NCBI RefSeq assembly: GCF_041146345.1
Contig: NW_027191411.1
Location: forward strand, 744,001-808,000
Origin: Neodothiora populina
Taxonomy: Eukaryota
DNA length: 64,000 nucleotides
Reading direction: 5' to 3'
The position numbers and the translations under genes are program-made. The notes beneath the pieces were generated by a model. It saw nothing but the letters and a program-made list of their open reading frames with translations. It had not been told where the DNA came from and did no database searches. This document shows, piece by piece, positions 36,459-49,381 of the stretch (position 1 is the first letter of the stretch; each line of letters starts with the position of its first letter).

Positions 36459-38117
36459 ATGCCGTCTACGAAACACGATGCCGACTACAAATCCCCTCGA
36501 CACAAATGCTATCTCTGCAACATAAAGTTCCGTACGCTGGAGGAGTTTAGAGCTCATAATGCCGAGATACATCCTTCTCCTAACGAGAATTTTGAGGTCG
36601 TTAATGCTGCCCGGACTTCATCTAGAAGGCCTCGGGTGTCTGCGAACGTCCGCATCCCGGCTGAAGTTGGTCAAGGTGAAGTGAACCAGAGAGCCCAAGA
36701 TGCTGTCGACGACGGTGTTTCAAATGGACCGCCACCTGTTGCCAGGCAGAAGAAATTCTCGACTGCTAGATCCACTGGAAAAAATGTTGACCAAAGTCCT
36801 AAGAAACAGCCAACAGAGCAACAAGAGGAACTAAAAGATGGGCTGTTCCATTGTCCTCAACCAAACTGTCCAATGACTCACCTCGTGGAGTCGGAGGTAC
36901 AGAAGTACTACCAACTGATCCACGGTCTAAAGCCTTTTGCATGTCCGTTGGAAGACAAGTGTGAGGAAGCAGGGCAGCGCCATTTCCCTTTCCACTACAT
37001 CCTAGTTGAACATCTGAGGTGTGACCATAGAATGAATGATCAGATGATAAGAAATCTGGGGGTATGGGATTTGCCCGCGTCGACAACGAACAAGAAGATT
37101 GGCATGAGCATGCAAAGACCTGATACCACCCATCAATCTCTGGATATTGGTGCTACTGCACTTTTCCCTATCATCATCGACGGCGATCATACTGTGGATA
37201 CAAGCAGCCCTAAGCCATTTGAGCCGCCAAATCCACCTTCGACATTTCAGAAGGAGTCAAGTCGTCCTTTCAAACGGCAGAGACTTTCTCAGGACCCAAG
37301 TCATAGGGCCAGTCACAATGTTGCCATCCTTGGTACACCCGATACCAGGTCTGACTTCGACGCTCCTGCTGCTGCTGCATCCACTTCGCGCACGCAGGAC
37401 GTGATCTCAACAGAGGATGATCGCTCGCCCAAGAAGAGACGTCCCACCAAACCTGGCCCTTCATCGTACCTGGATCAGACCGTCATTGGAGATTCAACGG
37501 CTACTGGTCAAGGCTTGAGCAATCACCGCGATCAGGCCATTGAGCCGACACCACCACAGCGTCCTCTCGGTGACGGACAGCAGCAGCATTGGGCACCACT
37601 TGCGAGCGGACTTCTGGCTTCGTCTGTTCCACTCACCCAGGAGCAAAGGCAATTCACTACGCCATATCCGCCACTACAGGTCAACTTCCAGGATCTGACA
37701 GGTCAGCCATCCAATCCCCAGGTGTTGTCAGCTAGGAGTCCGGATCCAGACCCCTTCGGTCAAGTGAGACAACCCACCATGCCATATATGCCTCGACAGG
37801 CTTACCACATAAGGCCGATAGGTCAGCCTATCATGCCTCCTACTCTATCAGCTGGACCCTTCTTCCCAAGTACTTTGAACCACGGGAAAAGGCAGTCTGC
37901 CACGCCACGCATGACTCAACGCATCAACCTTTCAGGTCCAACAGGTCAGCCGATTGTACCTCTGGCTTCGCTGGCAAGACCTTTGTATCCAATACCATTG
38001 AATCAGCAGCAAGGACAATTTGCTATGCCATACGTGCCTCAACACATGCGCTACCAGAGGTCACTGATAAGGCTTCAGCATCAGCAGCGCTGGAGCTTTT
38101 GGGTGGCACAACAGTAG
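36459..38117 (+). CDS. C2H2 zinc-finger protein, possibly degenerate; frame continues past TAG to 38486
   Basis: Fingers CYLC..HNAEIH, CPQPNC..YYQLIH (first His replaced) and CPLEDKC..HLRCDH. Pro/Gln-rich repetitive C-terminus. Confidence 0.7.
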   Translation: MPSTKHDADYKSPRHKCYLCNIKFRTLEEFRAHNAEIHPSPNENFEVVNAARTSSRRPRVSANVRIPAEVGQGEVNQRAQDAVDDGVSNGPPPVARQKKFSTARSTGKNVDQSPKKQPTEQQEELKDGLFHCPQPNCPMTHLVESEVQKYYQLIHGLKPFACPLEDKCEEAGQRHFPFHYILVEHLRCDHRMNDQMIRNLGVWDLPASTTNKKIGMSMQRPDTTHQSLDIGATALFPIIIDGDHTVDTSSPKPFEPPNPPSTFQKESSRPFKRQRLSQDPSHRASHNVAILGTPDTRSDFDAPAAAASTSRTQDVISTEDDRSPKKRRPTKPGPSSYLDQTVIGDSTATGQGLSNHRDQAIEPTPPQRPLGDGQQQHWAPLASGLLASSVPLTQEQRQFTTPYPPLQVNFQDLTGQPSNPQVLSARSPDPDPFGQVRQPTMPYMPRQAYHIRPIGQPIMPPTLSAGPFFPSTLNHGKRQSATPRMTQRINLSGPTGQPIVPLASLARPLYPIPLNQQQGQFAMPYVPQHMRYQRSLIRLQHQQRWSFWVAQQ

Positions 38118-38123
38118 GGCGAG

Positions 38124-38405
38124 CGCGAGCAGCAGGCTCGTCATCGATGCGCCGCCCGGCGCGATGTGCAGGCACCACCTCAATATTCTGCCAAACGCGA
38201 ACAGCAGGCACAGCATCCGGAGGCCGCCAGGCGCGAGCAGCAGGCACCTCTCCAGCAGACCGCCTGGCGCGAACATCAGGCACCAGCTCAACAGGCCGAC
38301 CGACGCGATGAGCAGGCACCACTCCAACAAGCCGCCAGATGCGACCAGTAGGCACTCCCTCGACAGGCCGCCCGACACGAACAGCAGGCAACATCTCAGC
38401 AGCAG
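38124..38405 (+). repeat. 36-bp minisatellite, about 8 units, encoding REQQAPLQQAAR-like repeats
   Basis: Units start at 38124, 38160, 38196, 38232, 38268, 38304, 38340 and 38376, with consensus cgcgagcagcaggcacc...gccgcc. Confidence 0.9.
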
Positions 38406-38727
38406 TTCCGAGCCCCGCTGCTGGCTCTCCACCACCTGCAGTATCTTCACCATTGGCTGTCTGCGATGAATAATGATACCACCTAAATTCACGGGATTGT
38501 GGTCATGGACGACCGATAACGAGGTCCCGACACGAAGCCCGGAACGAGATCCGGGCTAACGACGAAACGGCAGGATACTTTGGCTCCATTTGAGCGTGGC
38601 AGAGAGGCAGAAGATGTTTGCTTGGTATTGCAAGTGGCAACAATTGTACTGATGGAGACAATAGGAATGGACAAGGGGAGGTGGACTTTCCGGATGGGCC
38701 ACACATAATGATTGTATAATTAATGTA

Positions 38728-39711
38728 TTACTTCCTACCAAACCTCCAGGCAAGAGATCGCCAAACACCTACAGGGGAGTGCCGCAAGAAAGCAATGTAG
38801 TAGCCAACACCACAGAGCAAGCCTCCGAGATGACCTGAATGTGCCGTCGTGCTTCTGTTGCTGTTCAAGAAATAGGTATCGAAGACAGCATATCCTATGG
38901 TGACAGCCCAGAGTGGGATACCGATAGGGATGAACATGAGTGAAATGGGCATACTGGGCAGGAGACAAGTTGCCAAAGCGGATACACCCATGACGATTCC
39001 ACTTGCACCAAGAGCAGAGGCATGGTAGGTTTGGCTGGCAGCGGAATTGAATGCGTTGTTGCCAAATCGGGTAGAGCCGCGGAGAGAGGACAATTTCTCT
39101 TTCTGTTGGAGAAGCCAGCTCCCGGAACCACAGAGAGCGGAGCCCATGGCCAAGAGAAGAACGTGACCACCGCCGATACCGGGAACGAAGCCCACGATTG
39201 AGCAGAAGGTGCGCAGCGATATCATATTGAACAGAAAATGCATGGGGTCATGATGCGCAAATGCAGATGTGATGACATTCCACCATCGACCACTATCCCA
39301 AGAAGCGAGGGATACCAGGGTATTATCGAGATGGAGCTGCACAAGCTTGTGGTTATTCGTCAAACGAGCATACCACCAAGCTCCGAACGAGGCGGCATTC
39401 AAGGAAAATAGTATCCAAAAGGCCGAGTCAGCAGAGAGCCCGCCCGAGACCTTTCGACCGGAATCGCTGTAATGACGTTTGAACCGAGATTGGAAAGAAG
39501 AGTAGAGGGATGATCTGGCTGATGTACCAGAGCGATGAGTGGCAGCATTGCGAGTATAGTAGCCGAAATCAGGACGTCTCGGATTTGTAGACATGGCTCT
39601 ACGTATGACTTGACGACTGGATGTCGATGGGCTCAGGGTGAGTGGCTGAGCTGATCTGAATGCTCGAGTGTGGTGCAACAATGATAGCCGCACACGATCG
39701 AGGTTGAGCAT
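38728..39711 (-). CDS. Mitochondrial rhomboid protease (PARL/Pcp1-like)
   Basis: 327 aa. Arg/Ser-rich presequence, RWWNVITSAFAH...HFLFNM, catalytic GASG and AHSGHLGG. Confidence 0.88.
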   Translation of the reverse strand: MLNLDRVRLSLLHHTRAFRSAQPLTLSPSTSSRQVIRRAMSTNPRRPDFGYYTRNAATHRSGTSARSSLYSSFQSRFKRHYSDSGRKVSGGLSADSAFWILFSLNAASFGAWWYARLTNNHKLVQLHLDNTLVSLASWDSGRWWNVITSAFAHHDPMHFLFNMISLRTFCSIVGFVPGIGGGHVLLLAMGSALCGSGSWLLQQKEKLSSLRGSTRFGNNAFNSAASQTYHASALGASGIVMGVSALATCLLPSMPISLMFIPIGIPLWAVTIGYAVFDTYFLNSNRSTTAHSGHLGGLLCGVGYYIAFLRHSPVGVWRSLAWRFGRK

Positions 39712-40786
39712 AGTGTTTATGCTTCAGGGACAAAGAAGAGGAGACTTGGAAAGATGGGAGAGAAAGTGCAGATGCTCATGCAACTGCCAGAGATTTCTTG
39801 TCTCAGGAAGTCGAGCTCTCTGATTTATATGCTTGAACAGTATGTTACACAAGTTTGCCACTTGCAGCAAAAGTTCCTTGAACACCTATCCTGGTAGGAG
39901 CAGATCTCCGGGGTGTTTGCTTGGATCCGATACTACCTAGGTATGGAAACAGAGCACAATTCTAATGTAGTGGGAAGGTCAGAGGGCCAGGACAGCGCTG
40001 TGGTGCAAGACAAGTACAGCAGATAGCTAGGGGCGACATGCAAACCATGCGATCAATAAAGGATAGTCTGATTTCTAGTCAGGTAGTGTAGATTGCGCAC
40101 ATCAGGTATCACAATCTATTGTAAGTGTACTGTATGGTGGATGCCAAGCAACGGGCGATGGATGATGAACCAAGTGGGGAAAGCACGAGCACATTTGGCC
40201 TTTGATGTTCTCTCACTTCATACCTTAGACTGACCTTACTCTTCTGTATCTACCAACTCATCATCTCCCAATTCTCAATCCACGTGTCGCCACTTGTTCC
40301 TTCGCAAGCATCATCTTTGTGGCTGGCTGCTCAATTCAGATCCAAAAAGCTTCACTCGATTAAGAAGGAATTTCCCACAGGCCTAGACATCCTTCTCCCC
40401 TACGAACCAGTCTTGTCTCCTCGACACTCCAAGCACCAGCGCACCTCCACCACCGCTACACAGAGCAACAACACCAATCGCTCTTTCTTTATAGCGCAGG
40501 ACACATCGACACATCTGCGACGAACCCCTCCCACGCACAATTGTCAAAAGAGCTACGATACCCTCAGCTCAGCTGATCGCTCAACCACTTCTGTAGCTGC
40601 GCGCCCCTCCAATTCCCGCCCAACAACTCTACAACTCTACGTCGGCTCACCGCTATTGCCTTACGACGAAGCTGTCTTCACCACTTGTGACTGAGATCCA
40701 CAGAAGCCCTCATTGCTTGACCGCTGAACATCCAGTGGCGCTCCTGTCTTCCTGATACGCCCTCAACACAACCACACACTCACAAA

Positions 40787-42403
40787 ATGGCCGCCGAGCT
40801 TGCAAATCAGCTCGAGGCGACAAGTCTTGGTGATTCGTCCACGAATGGAGACTGGAAGTCAGGGTTGAAGGCACCCGTCAAGGATGGCAGACAACAAACA
40901 GAGGTGAGCGATCAGCGCCAATTTGAACCAACATTGGCTTCTACTTGATACTGACAGCAATAGGATGTTACCGCAACGAAAGGCCTGGAATGGGAAGACT
41001 TCTATCTTGATCGCGAACTCCTCATGGGCATCTTCGAGGCTGGTTTTGAAAAGCCATCACCGATTCAAGAAGAGGCTGTCCCTGTCGCCTTAACCGGCAG
41101 AGATGTCCTCGCGCGTGCCAAGAATGGTACCGGAAAGACTGCTGCCTTTATAATTCCCACACTTCAGCGCGTCAACCCGAAGAGCAGCAAGATCCAAGCT
41201 CTTATTCTAGTACCCACTAGAGAATTGGCCCTCCAGACTTCGCAAGTATGCAAGACTCTTGGAAAGCACCTCGGTGTCAATGTCATGGTCACCACCGGTG
41301 GAACTGGCCTCAAGGACGACATCATCCGTCTCAACGACGCTGTGCACATTCTCATTGGCACCCCCGGCAGGATTTTGGATCTCGCAAGCAGAGGCGTTGC
41401 CGACCTCTCTGGAGCATCAACGTTTATCATGGACGAAGCCGACAAGCTCCTATCTCCCGAATTTACTTCGACAATCGACCAGCTTATTTCTTTCCATCCT
41501 AGCGATCGCCAAATCATGCTTTTCTCCGCCACCTTCCCTGTCATTGTCAAGGACTTCAAGGACAAGCACATGAACAACCCTCATGAAATCAACCTCATGG
41601 ACGAGCTCACCCTCCGCGGTATTACCCAATACTACGCCTTTGTCGAGGAGAAGCAGAAGGTGCACTGCTTGAACACCCTCTTCTCCCGCCTCAACATCAA
41701 CCAGTCCATCATCTTCTGCAACTCCACCACTCGCGTTGAGCTCCTGGCCAAAAAGATTACCGAGCTCGGATATTCATGCTTCTACTCTCACGCTCGAATG
41801 CTCCAGCAGAACCGAAACCGTGTCTTCCACGACTTCCGCGCTGGCCACTGCCGTAACCTTGTCTGTTCTGATCTTCTGACTCGTGGTATCGATATTCAAG
41901 CCGTCAACGTGGTCATCAACTTTGATTTCCCCAAGAATGCCGAGACTTACCTGCATCGCATTGGTCGTTCCGGTCGTTTTGGGCACCTTGGTCTCGCTAT
42001 CAACTTGATCAACTGGGAAGACAGATTCAACCTTTACCGTATCGAACAAGAGCTCGGCACCGAGATCAAGCCCATTCCTCAGACTATCGACAAGAGTTTG
42101 TATGTCTATGACACTCCCGACAGCATCCCTCGTCCTATCCCCAACTCTGCTCCGAGACAGATCCAGGGCATGCAACCGCAGGATCCCCAGCGCCGTGGAT
42201 ACAATGGAGGCCACCGCGGCGGCCGCGGCGGTCACTACCAAGGCCAGAGAGGTCCTCGACGCGATCACAATCAGCAAGGCCAACAGGGTCAGTACCCACC
42301 TCAGCAGGCATATCCGCAGCAACAGCAGCAACAACAGCAACCATCGCAGCCTTTCCAACAGCCTGCGGCATCTCAATTCCCCCGCACGTCGGCGCAAGCT
42401 TAG
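40787..42403 (+). CDS. DHH1: DEAD-box RNA helicase Dhh1 (DDX6)
   Basis: ATG 40787 and intron 40904-40963. [32 protein letters not shown] and HRIGRSGR. Gln/RGG-rich tail. Confidence 0.97.
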
Positions 42404-43939
42404 CGCGATTGTCGCGTTTTCTAATCCACTTGTTTCATTCGATGTTGGACAAGTGATTCGCGATTGATTGCGATCGGGCGTTCCATGGAGTTTATTGAAG
42501 GATCCGGCGTGATCTTGTTGTACTGATCGAGCTTATATCGATCGCAGGTTCGAATGCTGGTGAACATTCGGCCGTCTCGCATGAATTCCCTTCGTGCCAT
42601 CTCCCATTTCCAGACACTTTTTTTATGTTCATTTGTCTGAAGATGCGAAAAGATTTGAAATACAGCAACGAGTACATGACGGACTTGCGGATTTTGTTGT
42701 TCATTCGATGACATATTTTCTGATACCCTGGTTCTGATTTCCACGTTGTTCATGGGAGCGAACTGGAGTCACTGGAAAGTTTACATCGGAAGAGCATCTG
42801 CCACATGAAACATGAGTTCCTCAGACTCTGGTTTTGTTTTTTCATTTCGACCATTCACGGGTTTCCCCTTTTCACATCCGCTACTGCTACTCGATATCGC
42901 ACCACGAACATGCTGCGCTACGGCAGGACCAGTCAGCAATTGTCCCCCTTCCCCCCTCTACTGCCCAAACACACACCCAACGCAAATCAGCATTAACTAC
43001 ACATCTTTATTTGATGCCATACTTTGCGGTATGCGCATTTGTCTTCAATTCGCCTAAACCAGTGACAGCACTCCAAACCAAATCACAAATATGGAGTTTC
43101 TCGGTTCAGCCGCTCCCGCCCGGACCAAACCTGGACAAGCTGTGGGGCACGAATGCATATCGACCATTCTCATTCGACCAGCACTCACATCGAAAAGAGC
43201 AAATTCGCCTGACTCATTTGCTGATCTGCGAAGGAAACCATTGTACGCCAAGGTTTTCTATTTACGACAATGTTGACGACTTCTTCTGGCCCTGTGCAAG
43301 AGAAGACCACGTCAGAACTGGACACAATATGATGGCAAAACAGTAACCCACTACTAGGACAACGATGACGACGACCCCTTCTGCCATGGTCAAATTGAAA
43401 AGGAACACCATGCGGGAACGGGACGAGACTGTCTGAGTGGTGGATGGAAGAAAGCCACATGTTTGTTTTCCAGTGGAAAGAAATCATCAAGAAAAACAAA
43501 AGGGAATGAAGGAGCAAAAGAGGTATATGAGGACTTCGAAAACGCAAACTCGCGATGGCTATCGTATCTCATATATGCACGATCAAGACAAACTCCTTTT
43601 TCTCTCATCTTCTGCTGTTCTCTCGTCGATGAGTCGTACTGTTGATGTGATGTGATCTTGTATTGAGACGTGACAGTACCTCACGTCTCATGATGCTCGG
43701 GAATAAGATGGTAAAATAGTGTCATTTTTCGCTACTGTGGAACACCAAGGTATCAACATACATCTAATTGGATCACCCCTTTGGATTTCCTCTTCTGATC
43801 CAGAATAAGAAAAAGGAGAAGAAAGAGAAACAAACGCCTTCAGCCAGCGTAGCATTATTCTAACCAACCACCCAACCGACCTTCGCAACCGATCCCATTT
43901 TGTCTTTTCCTTCCTAGCTCGTCTCTTTTTTTCTCTCTT

Positions 43940-44789
<850 letters not shown>

Positions 44790-45711
44790 TCAGCTGTACG
44801 GATGGAGAAATGAAATGTTTTTAGAAGCGAATTAGGAACAGAAGGAAAGAGCGTGGTCATGTATAAGAGTTGTATACAGGGGTAAAGTCGTTGTTGCTGC
44901 TGCTGCTCGAATTGCGGAGTGACAGCTTTACCTCCGAGTCGAGCGAGTCTATTTACATCTCTACCTACAGTACACCCCGCAAGCGAGCTTCCAGATGGAC
45001 TATTCTACTTTGCCTTGCCTTGTCTTGCTTGAGCTAGATATGTCTGTATGCTTCACTACTACTCGATCGTATGCTGAAGAACTGGAGAAGGATTGTAGCG
45101 ATCTATAGTGAATATTGATGCTGTCGTTGACTGATGATGAATTCACCTCGAGTAAGATATCTGTACTCGCAGTATCTCAATTATATTCATCACATGAGGT
45201 ATGCTCAACTGCATGTTCAGTCGACCTGCATGCCTTTCGTCGTCACACAAGATCAACATTGATACATAGATGCAACCTCACCATTCGAGTCATTATCAGG
45301 TATCAAGAGGTGTTATGTCGTCGCTGTCCACGCTTCATCGAACTAATGGTCTGAATAACTCATGTATGATGCTCGATTTGACCATGACTCGCGTGGACCA
45401 CTCACAGCAGCCACAAAGCACATGAAGCAAGACTCGTGCAACAATCCCAAGATTTATGCAATCGACTTATAGTTGCGGCAAGAGCAAGGGCAAAGAAAGG
45501 CAAGAGCGAGGGCAAGGGATCCAAGAGCGTCGGATTCGGTAACTACGAGATTCGGTAACTACCTTATGTGAAGCGCAGGTAAAGCGTCGAGGTGAAGCTC
45601 TTTCAAGGCTTCTTGCCAATAGCAACAGAGATATCGCATCTCTTTCTCCCCCCCCTCCCTCCTTACCACCTTTCTCCCTTATTAATCCACCCCCCCTTCT
45701 GTCCCGCAATC

Positions 45712-47272
45712 ATGTTCCGCAGACAGGTCGCTTCTGCCCTCAGGGCCGCCAATGTATGTGTTTTTCCTCTTGTCGCTGAAAAGAGAAACAAAACACGCTG
45801 ACACCGAAACCTCGACCAGGGCGCGCCCAGAGTCGGTCTCCAACAAACACGAAACCTGTCCATCCACGAATACCGCTCCGCCGAGCTCCTCAAATCTGTA
45901 TCGCCCGCCCTCCCTTCGCCTGGCCTAACATACGCCCGACTGACAGTCTCCAACAGTACGGAATCGGTGTTCCTGCGGGATCCGTCGCCCACACTGCCGC
46001 CGAGGCCGAGACGGTAGCCAAGAGCATCGGTATGCTATAATCGAATCAAAAGACTAGAGGAAGATGGGCTGATTGAACTCCGACAAAAGGTGGTGATGAC
46101 ATGGTCGTCAAGGCCCAGGTCCTTGCCGGTGGTCGTGGAAAGGGTCACTTCGACTCCGGCTTCAAGGGTGGTGTCAGAGTCGTCTACTCGTCAGTCCGCT
46201 GCACTGCTGCTTGATTATGGTCTTATCCTCTAACCGTTCTCCCGATCACAGTCCTCAAGAAGCAAAGGTCCTCGCCAACGAGATGATCGGTCACAAGCTC
46301 ATCACCAAGCAAACCGGCGAGAAGGGCCGCATCTGCAACTCGGTCTACATTGTCGAGCGCAAGTTCGCCAGACGGGAGTTCTACCTCGCAGTCCTCATGG
46401 ACAGAGCCAGCCAGGCTCCCATCATTGTCGCTTCCTCCCAGGGTGGTATGGACATTGAGGCCGTCGCCAAGGAGAGCCCCGAGGCCATCATCACCACCAA
46501 GGTCGACATCCACAAGGGCGTCACCGATGAGATGGCCAAGAGCATTGCTACCCAGCTCGGTTTCTCTCCTCAATGCATCGACGAGGCCGCCGACACCATC
46601 CAGAAGCTCTACAAGGTCTTCATGGAGAAGGATGCCACCCAGATCGAGATCAACCCCCTCTCCGAGACCTCCGACCACAAGGTTCTCTGCATGGACGCCA
46701 AGCTCAACTTTGACGACAACGCCGAGTTCAGACAAAAGGAAGTCTTCGAGTGGCGCGATGTCACCCAGGAGGACGCCGACGAGGTCAAGGCCGCCGAGTC
46801 CAACCTGAACTTCATCAAGCTCGACGGCGACATTGGCTGCCTCGTCAACGGTGCCGGTCTCGCCATGGCCACCATGGACATCATCAAGCTCAACGGAGGC
46901 CAACCCGCCAACTTCCTCGACGTCGGCGGCGGTGCCACCCCTCAGGCCATCAAGCAGGCTTTCGACCTCATCACCAGCGACCCCAAGGTCACCGCTGTCT
47001 TCGTCAACATCTTCGGTGGTATCGTCCGTTGCGACGCCATCGCCCAGGGACTTGTTTCTGTCGTGCAGAGCATGAACCTCAGAATCCCCATCATCGCCCG
47101 TCTCCAGGGTACCAACGTCGAGAAGGCCAACCAGATCATCAACGACTCTGGCCTCAAGATTTTCAGCATCGACGACCTCCAGACCGCCGCCGAGAAGTCG
47201 GTGCAATTCTCAAAGGTTGTCAAGATGGCACGTGATATCGATGTCGGTGTTGAGTTCAACTTGGGTATCTAG
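45712..47272 (+). CDS. LSC2: Succinyl-CoA ligase beta subunit, mitochondrial
   Basis: ATG 45712; introns 45754-45819, 45898-45956, 46030-46089 and 46190-46251. [34 protein letters not shown] and NFLDVGG. Confidence 0.96.
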
Positions 47273-48139
47273 ATTCACCACTTTGTGCAGTTTCCTCCTC
47301 CATAATTCATATCCCAAGGCGAATCGTCTTTGTTTTTCCTTTTGCGATCAATCTGTCTTGTGCACGAATCTCTATCGGGGGGCTCTTGTAGTGTTTGCGT
47401 TGTCATTTGAGTCGTATATACCTAGCGATCCTTGGATTCATGTGTGTTGACAACCGATACCGACTTTTTGCATATGTGCATGTGATTGATGCCTCTCCGA
47501 ATGCTTCTTTTCTACCCTACATTGAGACGCAATGACTGATACACAGCAATGACACCACCCAATCGGACCCATTCTCATCTATCTTATCTAACTGACTTTC
47601 TACCATATTTTCAATCTTTTGCGATATAAACAAACATTCACCGGCCACGCATCCGATCGAGAGTCATGACCAGCCTGCAACACTCCATGGATTCCGACAC
47701 TGCCCGAACATGGACGATAGCTCTGCCGAAGCCCACTTCCGAACCGACGCAAGATGCAAGCATCCCCGGATGTATGGCTTTCGACTCGACTTGCTTTCCC
47801 CGGACTTTTTTGATGTTCGATAGAGAGTATTAAACAACTGCCATGGTAGCTACCGAGAAGTGAATGAACCATTAGTTCACTGCCTTTCTTGGTTTCGTCA
47901 GGTGTAGGGCACTGTATCATTGTACAAGCTGAACAAACACTAGGTGTGCAAGATTGGTATCTGTTGATCATCTTCCTCTTCTTCCTGCGTCGAGAGTGCT
48001 GCTTCCGACCACCTACAGTACCTTGCCTTACCTTACCTTACTCACCTCCCCCGGTTCACATCAGCAAGTGACTTTTTGGCCACCGCTGTGATCTTTCGCT
48101 TGTGAATCACCACACCGCTGAAAACCCACAACCGCAAAG

Positions 48140-49381
48140 ATGTCAGGCTTTATTCAAAAGGGAGTCAAGAACATCCTTTCCAAGCAACCCCAAGACATTG
48201 TCATCCTCTCGTCCCTGCGCACGCCAGTGACGCGGGCAAAGAAGGGTGGATTCAAAGATGCCTACGACCACGAGCTGCTGGCCGCCGTGCTGAAGGCCAC
48301 CATCGCCGCGAACCCCAACGTCGACCCTGCTCTGGTGCAAGACATACAAATCGGCACCGTGCTGTCCGAGCTCGGCGGCAGCAAAGCAGGCCGCATGGCC
48401 GCCGCCCACGTCGGATACCCGGAGACGACCTCGTTCCAAACCGTCAACAGAGCGTGCTCGTCGGGCCTCGCTGCCATAACCAGCATCGCCCACGCCATCG
48501 CCGTCGGCAGCATCGACGTCGGCATCGGCGGTGGAATGGAGAGCATGACGCGCAACTACGGCTCCCGCGCCATCCCGACGCAGCTGTGGTCGGAGCTGCG
48601 CGACTCGCCCGTCAAAGACGCCCGGGACTGCATCATGAGCATGGGTCTGACGGCGGAGAACGTGGCAGAGCGCTACAACGTATCGCGAGCAGACCAAGAC
48701 GCCTTCGCGGCGGCCTCGCATCAGAAAGCCGCCAAGGCCCAGCGCGACGGCCTCTTCGACGACGAAATCGTCCCCGTCACAACCCTCACCCACCCGAACC
48801 CCGAAGTTCCCGAGCAGACGGAGCAAGTGACCATCAGCAAGGACGATGGCATCAGGCCCAAGTCGACGCCCGAGAGCCTCGCGGGCATGAAGCCGGCGTT
48901 CAAGCCCGACGGCACCGCCACGGCAGGAAACTCCAGCCAGGTCTCCGACGGCGCCGCCGCAGCGCTCATGATGCGCCGCAGCACAGCCACCGCTCTCGGC
49001 CTCGAGAAGAACATCATCGGCAAGTGGGCGGGCACGCAAGTCGTAGGCTGCAAGCCCGACGAGATGGGCATCGGGCCCGCCATCGCGATCCCCGCCCTTC
49101 TCAACTACACCGGCCTGTCCGTGTCAGACGTCGGCATCTGGGAGATCAACGAGGCCTTCGCAGCCCAGGCCGTGCACTGCGTCAGAGCGCTGGGCATCGA
49201 CGAGCAGAAGGTCAACCCGAAGGGTGGCGCCATCGCTCTCGGTCACCCGCTTGGCGCCACTGGTGCCAGACAGCTGGCGACGCTGCTTCCGGAGCTTAAG
49301 AGGCAGGGCGAGCAGGTTGGTGTTATCAGCATGTGTATCGGCACTGGTATGGGCATGGCCAGCGTTATCGTTAGAGAGTAG
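48140..49381 (+). CDS. 3-ketoacyl-CoA thiolase
   Basis: 413 aa, intronless. NRACSSG, NSSQVSDGA, NEAF, GHPLGATG and CIGTG. No evident PTS2 at the N-terminus. Confidence 0.95.
   Translation: MSGFIQKGVKNILSKQPQDIVILSSLRTPVTRAKKGGFKDAYDHELLAAVLKATIAANPNVDPALVQDIQIGTVLSELGGSKAGRMAAAHVGYPETTSFQTVNRACSSGLAAITSIAHAIAVGSIDVGIGGGMESMTRNYGSRAIPTQLWSELRDSPVKDARDCIMSMGLTAENVAERYNVSRADQDAFAAASHQKAAKAQRDGLFDDEIVPVTTLTHPNPEVPEQTEQVTISKDDGIRPKSTPESLAGMKPAFKPDGTATAGNSSQVSDGAAAALMMRRSTATALGLEKNIIGKWAGTQVVGCKPDEMGIGPAIAIPALLNYTGLSVSDVGIWEINEAFAAQAVHCVRALGIDEQKVNPKGGAIALGHPLGATGARQLATLLPELKRQGEQVGVISMCIGTGMGMASVIVRE

Noticed and set aside
42500..42570. GGTTCGAAT, resembling a tRNA T-loop
   Set aside because: No cloverleaf or acceptor stem is evident; it lies in the DHH1 3' region.
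43328..43436. Possible C/D-box snoRNA (ATGATG...CTGA)
   Set aside because: The C box is imperfect and I could not identify an rRNA-complementary guide; an Rfam/snoscan search is needed.
46223..47206. 327-aa minus-strand ORF
   Set aside because: Antisense shadow of codon-biased LSC2.
48143..49299. 298-aa and 281-aa overlapping ORFs
   Set aside because: Alternative-frame artefacts of the GC-rich thiolase.
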